Shown: positions 32,788-43,607 of the stretch, piece by piece | Layout of the letters: each line of letters starts with the position of its first letter | Numbering within the stretch: position 1 is the stretch's first letter | From: TPA_inf: Saccharomyces | Taxonomy: Eukaryota | Direction: 5' to 3' | DNA: 64,000 nt | NCBI GenBank assembly: GCA_000146045.2 | Contig: BK006947.3 | Coordinates: 224,001 to 288,000, forward strand | Program-made: the position numbers and the translations under genes | Notes under the pieces: model-generated | What the model saw: the letters and a program-made list of their open reading frames with translations, nothing else | The model's database searches: none | Told to the model about the DNA's origin: nothing

Positions 32788-34155
32788 TCAATCGTATTCT
32801 ACTCCGGATCCATCCTCATCATCTTCATCGTCATCATTATCAATTTCTATCGGAATATCTTCGAGTTCTAACGGCTCCTTAAACTCTTTGTATTGGAGTT
32901 CCTGTTCTGGTTGACCATTTATAGAAGCAAAACTATTATCTCTATTCAAAGCGCTTTGGCCCTTTTTGTCTTCCTCTTCATCGTCTTCTTCATCATCTTC
33001 TTCTGCTTCCTCTCCGTCTTCTGCACCGTCTGAGGATTCTTGGCCACTCCCATCGGAAAGGTCGCTCTCAGCTTCGAAATTTTGGTCATTTTCTTCATCA
33101 TCGTCTGAAAACACACCTGCCTTTTTCTCGTCTTGCATTTGACGGGTAGCTTCCTGTAGAATAGATGGCTGATCGGCTGTGCCATCAGTTGCTTGGCCTT
33201 TGCTCTTGGATTTAGCTTTCAATTCCTCAGACATAGACTTATCCTTCATTTGTTTCCTTTTAACGTAGTCGTCAATTTTAGCGTATTCAGTTTGGTCTAT
33301 CATGGAAAACTCGTATTTTTCACCATCTTTTGTCACTAAGCTTGCATTGAATGTTAATCTGGTAATAGACGAATAGGTTATAGACTCGATGTCAGAAGCG
33401 TCGAATAACAAAATGGGCTTTTTAAACCCAAAAATTATATGATCTGGTAAAAAATATAGCGTGCCTTCTTTAGTACCTCTATGACACTGCAGGTGAAATG
33501 AGTTTATTTTTTCAGCATCGGTATCCACCAGTGTACTGTTAACGAATGGGTTGGAGATTTTAAAACCCGTCAAAATGGCTTGCTTTCTTATATATTCGAC
33601 GCACTTTTCAAAGTCTGTTACATTGGAATCAAGAAGCCCTAAATTTTTAAACTGGTTTAGTGTGTTTTCTTTGTTCAAGGTCATTACCACAGGTTCAGAA
33701 AACTTGTTATCCTCGCACGATGTGTAAGTCATAAAAAGGTATATTAGATTAGGCTTTTCTGGCACTGGCAAGAACGAAGCCATTTTGATATTTTTGTTCA
33801 GCTGATAAATGCTTAATTCCCTGTCATTTCCCTTCAGTAATGTTATTACGGGAGACCCGTCAACATTGGAAAGATAGAACACCAAATCAAGCTTTTTCCT
33901 TAATGGTGACAGTACAGAAACACCTTCTAATTTGAAAATAGTATTGGTTTCCGAAATTTCATCTGTTTTAAGCAGGTCAGAAGAGACATCTATTCTGGGC
34001 TTTTTATGGCGTCCGCTTCTATCGTTGCTATTTTCATTCAATGCATATTTATACAATTCCTCAAATATTTCTAATGAGCTTGGCAGCACTCTAACCACGG
34101 TACCAATCTTTCGGCTGAGAGACTCAGGCAGTTCATCTAAGAACAATTTTGACAT
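32788..34155 (-). CDS. RTT106: Histone chaperone Rtt106 (455 aa)
   Basis: MSKLFLDELPESLSRKIGTVVRVLPSSLEIFEELYKY... with tandem PH-like domains and a long acidic C-terminal tail. The track's extra N-terminal M is a TTG. Confidence 0.85.
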   Translation of the reverse strand: MSKLFLDELPESLSRKIGTVVRVLPSSLEIFEELYKYALNENSNDRSGRHKKPRIDVSSDLLKTDEISETNTIFKLEGVSVLSPLRKKLDLVFYLSNVDGSPVITLLKGNDRELSIYQLNKNIKMASFLPVPEKPNLIYLFMTYTSCEDNKFSEPVVMTLNKENTLNQFKNLGLLDSNVTDFEKCVEYIRKQAILTGFKISNPFVNSTLVDTDAEKINSFHLQCHRGTKEGTLYFLPDHIIFGFKKPILLFDASDIESITYSSITRLTFNASLVTKDGEKYEFSMIDQTEYAKIDDYVKRKQMKDKSMSEELKAKSKSKGQATDGTADQPSILQEATRQMQDEKKAGVFSDDDEENDQNFEAESDLSDGSGQESSDGAEDGEEAEEDDEEDDEEEDKKGQSALNRDNSFASINGQPEQELQYKEFKEPLELEDIPIEIDNDDDEDDEDGSGVEYD

Positions 34156-34374
34156 CAAATCTGTAGGACTTTACGTTTGAATAGTGGCTTTTTGGTCAGC
34201 GTTTCCAGCACCTTTACATCATAGTTATTACTACACACTAATGCGCTATAGCGTATGTTAGATGAAAAAAAAAAGCACGACGCGTCATTAACTAGTGGGG
34301 TAACCCACGAAATAAAGATAAAAAAATAAAATTCGTTTATATTTAAATTTTTAAAGCATATGTTCTTATGATGT

Positions 34375-35277
34375 CTAATTGAATTCTGGAGGGAGAATGT
34401 CTCCCCCAGTAAAACAAGAAAAAACTGGCGAGGGTAAATGGGGCGTTTCATGCAACTTCTCGTTAAAGTGCACGAATGATCTCTTGATATCATTCGGCAA
34501 ATTCCTTTGTTGAATGTTTTCAATCGTTGGCTGAACAACCGAGCCTTTAAAGTCTTCGTATGATTTGTATAATGCATCTGAAAGCAACTGCCAACTTCTA
34601 GAAATGGTTCCTATGGGGTCATTTTGAAATTTTTCAATTGTTAACGTACTCGTAGCACTTGTAACGTTATTCTCGTCCAGGTTTCTTTCGGAACTCAAAC
34701 AAGCGGGAAATCTTTCGCAGTCTTGAAAATTGTCAGAGCCTAACACCTTCTCAGGTAGTACAAATTCCGCCCCTTCCGAAGCATTGCTGTTATTAGATAT
34801 TTCCCTCAACGTCCTATCTCTTATTTGGCTCGTCGCACCGTTTGTATACTGCTGGAAATTATTGAATCCCAAATACATGTTCCGATTAATATCATTACTG
34901 CGCACTTCATTGGCCAGCCTCCTCTTGTAACTTTTAGCAAACAAATTATCATATTTTTCACGCAATGGAATCCCGTTCTGCAAAATACCATTTTTGGACA
35001 AGAAGGAACCGAATCTGTTATTTCCGCTTTTCTCTACTCTTCTGACATCCTTTTCTTCAAAATTATCCATTGTTATTGACTTTACACAAAATATGTTCGT
35101 ACCCATCCCCCTCAAAAGGTTTGCGCAATTAACACATATAAATATGCCGAAGCTGCAAGAAACAAATTGTGGATTGACACTCTTGCATTCAAAACAATTG
35201 TTATTGCCGGCAGCCTTCTTGGCACGTAACAATCTCTTCCGGTTTTCCATATCTTTACTATTTTCAAACAAACGCAT
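34375..35277 (-). CDS. SPS18: Sporulation-specific ArfGAP-domain protein Sps18 (300 aa)
   Basis: ArfGAP C4 zinc finger CFECKSVNPQFVSCSFGIFICVNCANLLRGMG near the N-terminus. Confidence 0.85.
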   Translation of the reverse strand: MRLFENSKDMENRKRLLRAKKAAGNNNCFECKSVNPQFVSCSFGIFICVNCANLLRGMGTNIFCVKSITMDNFEEKDVRRVEKSGNNRFGSFLSKNGILQNGIPLREKYDNLFAKSYKRRLANEVRSNDINRNMYLGFNNFQQYTNGATSQIRDRTLREISNNSNASEGAEFVLPEKVLGSDNFQDCERFPACLSSERNLDENNVTSATSTLTIEKFQNDPIGTISRSWQLLSDALYKSYEDFKGSVVQPTIENIQQRNLPNDIKRSFVHFNEKLHETPHLPSPVFSCFTGGDILPPEFN

Positions 35278-35376
35278 GGTCCATATATTCTTGGGTCCCT
35301 TTTATACCAGTACTCTCTTGTAGCTTGTATAATTTGTAAATTAGCGTTGTTTTTACTATGCGTTTGCTGGCCTAAC

Positions 35377-35386
35377 GTCACAAAAT
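35377..35386 (+). promoter_or_regulatory. Middle sporulation element (MSE, gtCACAAAAt) in the SPS18–SPS19 divergent intergenic region
   Basis: Match to the MSE core CRCAAAW bound by Ndt80. Both flanking genes are sporulation-specific. Confidence 0.35.
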
Positions 35387-35577
35387 CACTTTCAAACGGC
35401 GCGTACACTCACGGCGTTAAGTATATCAAACTCCGTCACTATTGGAGTTTACCAAAAAGGATAGGTATAAGAGTAAGGCTCCAAATCAAAGAAAATCTAA
35501 ATTTGAAAAGAAGTTCGTAATTTCTAATATTTACACTTTTAGAGTTTGGGAGGTCGTATGTTCGAGTCATGGATACT

Positions 35578-36456
35578 ATGAATACAGCAAACACTTTGGA
35601 CGGCAAATTCGTTACTGAGGGTTCTTGGAGACCTGATTTATTTAAGGGTAAAGTGGCATTTGTCACTGGTGGAGCTGGCACGATATGTCGGGTACAGACA
35701 GAAGCCTTGGTTCTTCTTGGCTGTAAGGCAGCTATTGTCGGCAGGGACCAAGAAAGAACAGAACAGGCAGCAAAAGGTATTTCGCAGTTAGCAAAGGACA
35801 AAGATGCAGTCTTGGCTATTGCAAACGTCGATGTTCGCAATTTTGAACAAGTGGAGAATGCGGTTAAAAAGACCGTAGAGAAGTTCGGTAAGATCGATTT
35901 CGTCATTGCCGGTGCTGCTGGAAATTTTGTGTGCGATTTTGCGAACCTCTCTCCAAACGCCTTCAAATCTGTTGTTGACATAGATTTACTAGGAAGTTTT
36001 AATACCGCCAAGGCATGCTTGAAGGAGTTAAAAAAGTCAAAAGGTTCCATCCTTTTCGTCTCTGCCACTTTCCATTATTATGGTGTGCCGTTTCAAGGAC
36101 ATGTGGGCGCTGCTAAAGCGGGAATAGACGCATTGGCAAAGAATTTAGCGGTTGAGTTGGGGCCTCTGGGTATACGTTCGAATTGCATTGCTCCAGGTGC
36201 TATCGATAATACGGAAGGCTTGAAGAGATTAGCCGGCAAAAAATATAAGGAAAAGGCCTTGGCAAAGATACCATTACAAAGGCTTGGATCTACACGGGAT
36301 ATAGCCGAATCTACTGTTTATATTTTTTCACCCGCCGCATCGTATGTCACCGGTACCGTCTTAGTTGTTGACGGTGGTATGTGGCATTTAGGGACCTATT
36401 TTGGACATGAGTTGTATCCAGAAGCCTTAATAAAGAGTATGACATCTAAATTATAA
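35578..36456 (+). CDS. SPS19: Peroxisomal 2,4-dienoyl-CoA reductase Sps19 (292 aa; an in-frame ATG 3 codons upstream at 35569 would give 295 aa)
   Basis: SDR-family Rossmann motif (VAFVTGGAGTICR) and the C-terminal peroxisomal targeting tripeptide SKL. Confidence 0.85.
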   Translation: MNTANTLDGKFVTEGSWRPDLFKGKVAFVTGGAGTICRVQTEALVLLGCKAAIVGRDQERTEQAAKGISQLAKDKDAVLAIANVDVRNFEQVENAVKKTVEKFGKIDFVIAGAAGNFVCDFANLSPNAFKSVVDIDLLGSFNTAKACLKELKKSKGSILFVSATFHYYGVPFQGHVGAAKAGIDALAKNLAVELGPLGIRSNCIAPGAIDNTEGLKRLAGKKYKEKALAKIPLQRLGSTRDIAESTVYIFSPAASYVTGTVLVVDGGMWHLGTYFGHELYPEALIKSMTSKL

Positions 36457-36626
36457 TACGTATAGGTATTGAGTACTATTATTATATGACACTTTCTCGT
36501 ATGCTTTTTGATAGTTAATTGTATATTGATGAATTTTATATACAATGAGTGCACTATCGTTGTTAAACTTCTTACAACCATGACCGTTGTGCTAGCTTTT
36601 TATTCTTCTTTCCAACAAGGAAAAAC

Positions 36627-39203
36627 TCAAGTACTTGCATTCATTTGGTCAACGCTTTTTTTAAATGCTAACTGATCACCAGAATAATGGGGGTCATTTT
36701 CAAAGTGTTCAATCTCAGAATGTAATCTTTTGACGTTTTTAATGTCAATATCTTCTAAATGATTCGAAGCAAATCCATCTGTTGACATATTTACAGAAAT
36801 GTCATTCCCCCCTTCAATGCTATTTTCAAAGCTAGAATGATCGGGTTGGTTTTCTTCCCCGGTTTCTAGCATATCCTGGATGAAAGGGATATCAGTAGCT
36901 TTTCTCAAGACATCACCATATGTTTGAACTAAGTATTTGTTTAAAATGGTAAAGTTTGTCCTATTGTTGTTCACGTTCGTTTTGACGTCATTACCGTTGC
37001 CATCATAAGAACCATTGGTTTTTTCCTTTCTGTTATGGCCATCACTTTGATAAGCTCTACATTCTGTTATAATAATGCGGAAAAAATCTTGAATGCATGA
37101 ATTTGCAAGATTATTCTTATCTATGTTCTCCTGGAAGAGTTTAAAAACCGGCGCATATAAATTTTTTGAAATCATATATCGATGATAGTATTTATCATCG
37201 AGACACATAAGGTTTTTAATGCATCTTACTGCTGTTAACCTTAGCTGCATCATATGATTACCGCCGATAAGTTTGCTAACAGAATCTAGTATACCGTTTT
37301 CTAATATGAATCTTCTGGATAAGACACGATCATGCTCAGTGCAAACAAATGATACCAATTTCACTAAATGAATTAACAAAAGATCGTCTTTTGTAACCTT
37401 TTCTATTTGCCCATCTATTTCTGCCATTTCCGTTGTGATATCCTTCTTGATTAATGGACCAAACAGTATGGGTGCGATTTTATTATAGAAATTTGCAAAA
37501 TATTCCATTACTTGAAATTCAGATTCAGATTCTGGCTCTAGATTATTCATTTCATCGCTGCTATAGTGATAGTTATTTAAATTGATTGAATCCGAGTTTA
37601 AACCATAACTGAAACTTGGGAAATCTTCAGATGTGTTCTTAGCTTCATAATTTGATCTGCCCATAAGATCATATGAACCTTCTCCATTACCCACACATCC
37701 TTCAGGGTGAAGCAAAGTATTTAGCGCTTGCACAACTTGTTCTCGCAATCCGGGACTCCTGTCGGACAGAAGAATGGTTGAAAGTATCAATAACAACTTG
37801 GAATCAGTACTGGAGCTGTAATCCTGCGGATATTTCCGATGGGAAGACTTGTCATCGGGCGCTGATTTATGTTGCCGTTTGAAAGAATCTTCATTCTGAA
37901 CGTTGTGAATTAACAAGATATCGTGTTCGATTATAGTAATGATAGTATCCGTAGCTAAAATCCTAACATTACTATCCGTCTCCATGTGAAATGCATAATC
38001 TAAAACTTTGAATAGACCCTTTCGAACAAGTGTTTTATAGAACTTAGAACGGTCAACCGCATCTAAATTGATTGACATTTGAACACACTGTTGCAACAAT
38101 CTAATCCCGTCTTTTCGTTTTTGTACAAACTTCTCCTTCTCTGAAGAGCTTTCTGGAAGGGTTTTGGTATCATAAAGCTCTATTAGTCTGTCCAAAAACG
38201 TCCCTACTTGAAGAAAGTCGATTATACACGTTTCCAGGTCCATGACAATTTCCGAGATTAAGTTGAAATTATGATCGTCTAAAAATCGTACTAATACCAC
38301 GTCTTTTAAGAACTGTAAGCGAAAACATTTTTTCATTATTATTTTTAAGTCCTCATTTTCCAATGGAATAACCTCTTTGAAATTGGGACCTTTTGATCCT
38401 AAATATTTCCTATGATTTGCCTTTGATGTAGGGTATTCAGTATCGTATTCTAAAATCCCAACTATTCCCATAATCCTATCGTCCTCCACCATTGACTCCA
38501 ATATGTCTCTTTTATTGTAAAGTATCAAAGTTTTGATGATGTTACTTAGCAAAAATAAATCCTTCGGTATCTTTTCTTCTTCTGCTTTGTGGAAATGAGA
38601 AATCAGTGTATCAATGTAATTTGACTGGAGGATAAACTCAATGGTTTCGTTTTTCAAAAAATCGAAAGAAGTATTTTCATTCAAAATCTTTAGAGCTTCT
38701 AGTAAAGTTTGACTATTCTGTTGCTGGTCGTTGGAGGGCAAGGTCACAGGGCCCGTTATAATGTCGTGAACAGACCCGAGTCCGTTGTCGCTGGATTTTA
38801 CGGTGACTAAAGAAATATTTGACTCTATGTTCCTTTGGACGTGAACAATGAATTCACATAAGGTGTCACATCCCATACTTTCTTCAAAACTCAAGGCTAT
38901 ATCTTTCCCCCCTAAATCCTTCCAAACAATAAGCGTTTCCTCCTGCCGTTGATATTCAATATTTCCTTCTAGTTTGGATTTTAGTAAAGTTTCAGTTGGG
39001 GAGTCTTCATCTGAGACAACAAGATATGCGAACTTACCTTCGTCCACCTCCCCTATACAAAACCCTGTACCTGTGTCTTTCCATTCGTTGTTCTCTAAAA
39101 TGTAAACCTTTACTCTTTTGGGTTCAGTATTAACCGAAACGGCTTGTTCAGTATCCTCATCCATCGGGGTCGGAGATGTAGTAGGTGTACCCGGTAATGA
39201 CAT
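36627..39203 (-). CDS. PSY2: Psy2 (858 aa), regulatory subunit of the PP4 (Pph3) phosphatase complex
   Basis: 858-aa ORF ([48 protein letters not shown]...) with an N-terminal EVH1/RanBD-like region and Armadillo-like repeats. Confidence 0.85.
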
Positions 39204-39712
39204 TACTCTTACTATACGTAAATCCTAAACTTTTCAGTTAGAATTTCTGTTTCAAACACAGACCAAAAAAAATACTGTTTTCTACCGGTTTAATATGGAA
39301 TAAATGAGTTTCGATGAATTATAGTACCAGTTCAGTACACTCTTCTTTATTTTTTTTTTTTTCAGTATGCGCGGGTTTTGAAAGCACTAGGTCTTTTAGA
39401 TTTTACGTCAAAGGAGGCCGAGAAAATATTGTTAACTATGCCACTGATGCAAGCAATCTCTATTGTGCAATTCTAGTTATATCTACCTTGCAATTGCCCT
39501 TTAGAAAGTATTGGTCTTCTTTCTTTTGTTTCTTCTTCGGATGAAACACCAAAGGAAAAAAAAAAAAGACAGATAGAAAAAGAAAAGATGGCGCGTCAGA
39601 AAAAGAAACGACGGTTTTATCATCTTAAAAGAGAATCATGATGGCTATTTGTTCACAAAATAAGGGATTATATAAAAATTATGTATGGTAGTGGCATTAT
39701 AGATTTGGGCTA

Positions 39713-40453
39713 TCAGAGTTTCAATATTTGGTCTGTGGATTCATATCCAAATGGCTCAAAGCCGAATTTATTGGCGAAATCTCGAGGAATGAATCTTCCC
39801 CCCACGTAATGAGTTGTTTGATTCTCCCTTATGTGAGAGCTGCATGGCTTGGGGACAGTCAGAGATACAAGAACAGCAGGATTAATTGAGGGCTGAGAGA
39901 TCGGACCTTTGTCAACGTCCCAACCTGTGGGGACGTCCACCGAAACAATCGGGATAATGTTTTGCACTTTGCACAGTTCTTCGACAATGCCCTTGAATGG
40001 CTCTCTCATGGGAGGCTTGAAACTAAAACCAAATATTGCATCTACAATGCATAAGGTCTTTTCCGGCTTCAAATATTCCAGCCAGTTTCCCTCATCTTGA
40101 GACAGGACAGGAACTTTGAAAAAATTCAATTGGTGAACCAGCTGTTTGTAGAATTCAGTGCGCTCGCTTCTCTTGGGGTAGAAAACAACAGGGTTGTAAC
40201 CAAAAAGCTTCAAATGTCTTGCGCACACGAGACCATCCCCGCCATTGTTACCTGGCCCAGCAATAACAAATACATGTTTGCCCTTTTCCGTTTCTGTCTT
40301 GCCTCTCAGTGGAAACTGGCGACATACAGCCTGCGCGACACTAAACCCAGCTAACTCCATTAGCTGTTGTAGAGTGAATCCGATTTGAGGACCCATCAAT
40401 TCTTTGTCGATTTCAGCTGCAAGCTTTGATGAAACAACTTTCAACGTAGACAT
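39713..40453 (-). CDS. NNR1: NAD(P)H-hydrate epimerase (YjeF-N family) YNL200C/Nnr1 (246 aa from the ATG at 40451-40453; the track ORF extends 31 codons upstream)
   Basis: MSTLKVVSSKLAAEIDKELMGPQIGFTLQQLMELAGFSVAQAV... with a YjeF N-terminal domain (GPGNNGGDGLVCARHL). Confidence 0.75.
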   Translation of the reverse strand: MSTLKVVSSKLAAEIDKELMGPQIGFTLQQLMELAGFSVAQAVCRQFPLRGKTETEKGKHVFVIAGPGNNGGDGLVCARHLKLFGYNPVVFYPKRSERTEFYKQLVHQLNFFKVPVLSQDEGNWLEYLKPEKTLCIVDAIFGFSFKPPMREPFKGIVEELCKVQNIIPIVSVDVPTGWDVDKGPISQPSINPAVLVSLTVPKPCSSHIRENQTTHYVGGRFIPRDFANKFGFEPFGYESTDQILKL

Positions 40454-40925
40454 TTTTACCTTACAATGATTTCTCTTTAATACCTGAGATTGGTGTGTTG
40501 AAATGAAAATATGTGTTGGCCCAGCAACAGACAATAATATAAGCAAGGATCCTGGTCGTTTGATATTCTTCTTGAGTTTTTTTCTTATATATGAACGTAT
40601 GTGTATATATTCACCATCCCTATTGTCTCCACCCCTTGTTCGCTCGTAGCGACGGAAACAATCAAATAAGAGGACCCACGGTAAAAGTAGCGTAAATTTT
40701 ACGGTTCTGCTGCAAAATAAAGAAACCCATTTTGTATCCTTTACATCAGGAATAACGTAAAAAGAATTATCATTAGTTCGTAGTTATATAATAACGTCTG
40801 TTCATTATAAAAGAGTACAAGAAACAGTAAGATAGTAAACGTCACTGTTAAATAGTTAATTATACCGCCAATCTACACCAGAAAATTAAAAGAGAAAGCA
40901 ATATATGTTAAACATTATTATCGTG

Positions 40926-42530
40926 TCATCTTTGTAAATCCCTTAACATACTTCTAACACAACCCATGTCTTCAATTAACATTTTCCTTAACCACTGCGT
41001 CTCTTGGCGCTGTAATTCCAATTCTCTTTCTAATTGCACAATTCTTTGGCCTTTTTCAGAAATGATTGCGTCATAAGCTTCTTTCAATGGGCGTATCACG
41101 GCTTCTGTATCTATAGGTCCCATGCTGTTTGAAGGATTTAAATCAACTTTCATTTGGGTGTTATTCGCGTTTAAATTAGTGTCCGGACCATCATTTATTA
41201 ACGCACCCTCTGCTGCAGTTGTCATCGGCCTCTGCCTCTTACTCGTATTTGTCAGTTGCAAAAGTTCTTCCACCGCTTCGTCATCCAGCGTATTAACATC
41301 TAACGATCCCAGTGACCTTCGTTTCCACGAATGGGATCCATTATTGGACATTGTATTATAGCCCATGGTATTACTGGAAGCATTGGGGTTCAGATCTGCA
41401 TGACTCAAACCAAATTCAAATCCTCCTGAGCCAGGACTGGTTGGCTGTGTATAATATCCTGTCAACGAACGAGAATTGACATCTTGTGATAGCGTTTGCA
41501 GTCGTTTTTGTAACTGTTGAGACAATGATGGATCAAAAAGCATATTGGTACCTGGGTTGCTTATTGTTGTATTACTGAATGCACTCGTATCTGTAATGCC
41601 GTTTCTCTCTTTATTACTATTTTTATTGTTTTTCCCATTTTTAGCATTTTTAGCCACCCTGGTGCCTCTTTTTTTCGTTCGGTTGTTTGGCATGTTTTTA
41701 TTTCCATAGTTCTTAATATTACTCCCATTTCCAATATTACCATTGTTCCCATTATTGTTCCCGTTGTTTATTCCCTGTAAATCTGATGGGGAGCCTTTAG
41801 TTGATGTATTTAAGGAGTTTCCCTTCCTGCGTCCTTGAGTTAGAATTTGGCCGGTCTGAGGATCGAATACTGTAAATATGCTCATTGAGACTAATCGCCA
41901 CAATTCATCGTTTTCTAATTCTGAGTCTGTCTTTATTTGCCAAAGCCTTCCATCCAACCGGCGGAAGTATTTTGCGTAAGGACTTGCGTCAAAACTCAGC
42001 TCTAGTTCCTTAATCATCTGTTGAAATCTTTGATATAGTTCGATTGCCGATTTTGGTGATGTTGATCTATCGTCAATTGACCCAGATGATAGTGTAGCGT
42101 TATATAGTTTTGATATTTTGGCGAAAAGTTGAGAATATTGCGCTTGCGTATATATTCCATTTGAGGTGGCACTAGAGCTCGCATTATTACCAGTAGTGGC
42201 AGGATTGCTTGCATTGCTAATGGCTGAGGTAGAACTTGAATTACCATTCGGCGTACCATTAGCGCTATCTGAGTTGGTTTTCGTCAGAGCATTACTACCA
42301 GTGCTAGTTATAATCTCATCGATGTTAGGTGTGCTATCAGACCCCATCAACCCTGTTGGATTAGCTATCCCTGTTCCAACCGCCCCGTTAACCATACCTG
42401 AGGGCGTGTTCGTTGTCGTCTGTGGCGAGTTTGTAACACTCTGCAAGGAAGCACCACTAATGACAGACTCGTTAGACAGTAAATTATAAGCTCTGATTAT
42501 GAATACATCTAACTTAGTTTGGTGATGCAT
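40926..42530 (-). CDS. GCR2: Glycolytic gene transcriptional co-activator Gcr2 (534 aa)
   Basis: [26 protein letters not shown]... with long S/N/T-rich low-complexity tracts. The track ORF starts at a TTG 8 codons upstream. Confidence 0.8.
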
Positions 42531-43607
42531 TATGTGAGTGTAACTTTTCGTCAAATACTCTTTGTGTTCTCAGGTTCCTTTTTGGTTTCTTGGTTGTTTT
42601 CCCATTCAGTCTAGGCGTAAGAATGTGAAGAAAGTCAAATACAGACCGCAAGCACCTTATGGATGCGTTAATGATTATTATGTCTAACGGACAACTATCG
42701 CAGAAGTCGCGGTACTTGAAGGAGAAAAGTCGTGAAAATTTTATTTTGGACAAATTGTCCAAGAAAAATAAGAAATATGACGTTATTACCCGTATTGAGA
42801 TTCCATTGAAAGACATTCATAAAATTGATCAGTTCGGTCATAAACAAAGTAGAACTTCGAAATATCAAATATGTTCTTGCCACTGGTAGCCCATATTTTT
42901 TTAATCTGCTCTTGTAGCATAGGGTTGAAAATATTACATTGAAGTCGATACCGATATATACTTCTATAAAAATGAGTTCTGGAATAAAAGTAAGGCTAAT
43001 ACATATATATAGTGGGAGAATATCCAAAGGCAGAGTTTTTTAAACAAGGAAAGAATAAAAGTTGGCAGCATAAAAAAAAGATATTCTCTCTTCAAAACAT
43101 TTGTCGGATATGACCTCACCTAAGCACTTGGTGCTTTGATGACAATAATCACACTAAAGAGCGATATTCGATAGTGAGACTTTTCCCTCTCAATCTTATT
43201 CACATTAGCGCAAGCAAAATGGAATGAATGGCACATTAAAATTGAAAATAAAAGTTCTTGTTGTTGCAGAAGCGGTATAGGAGTTCGCAAAATGGTAGTT
43301 AAGAAAAAAGATGGCGGGTTTAATTCATAGTACAATTCAAATGTTAGACAGAAAAAGAAAAAATTTCTGTTATATGCACGTTGTAATGTAATAGTAAAAA
43401 GATAATTTAACGTAATTGAAGAGATAAAGTATTATCGATGTTATTCTTATTATTAGTCGGTTTAGAAAATATTATTATAACAAATAATAAAAGAAAAAGA
43501 AAAAATGCGACAGAAAATATTATTCTTATTATAGTGGGGGAAAGATGAAAAGCAATGCATATAATGTGATACATGCAAGGAAATCAGGTTTTTGCGGAAC
43601 CATTTTT

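Noticed and set aside
34155-34577. 140-aa minus-strand ORF (YNL205C position)
   Set aside because: It overlaps SPS18 and the RTT106 start on the same strand and has no recognisable domains. It is probably a dubious ORF, kept only as a low-interest finding.
35112-36068. Minus-strand ORFs 35112..35408 and 35439..36068, antisense to the SPS18/SPS19 promoter and the SPS19 CDS
   Set aside because: They lie antisense to a well-supported SDR-family gene and give low-complexity translations. Likely the dubious YNL203C.
42514-42816. 100-aa minus-strand ORF overlapping the GCR2 5' end (YNL198C position)
   Set aside because: It overlaps the GCR2 start region, has no conserved features, and is probably spurious.
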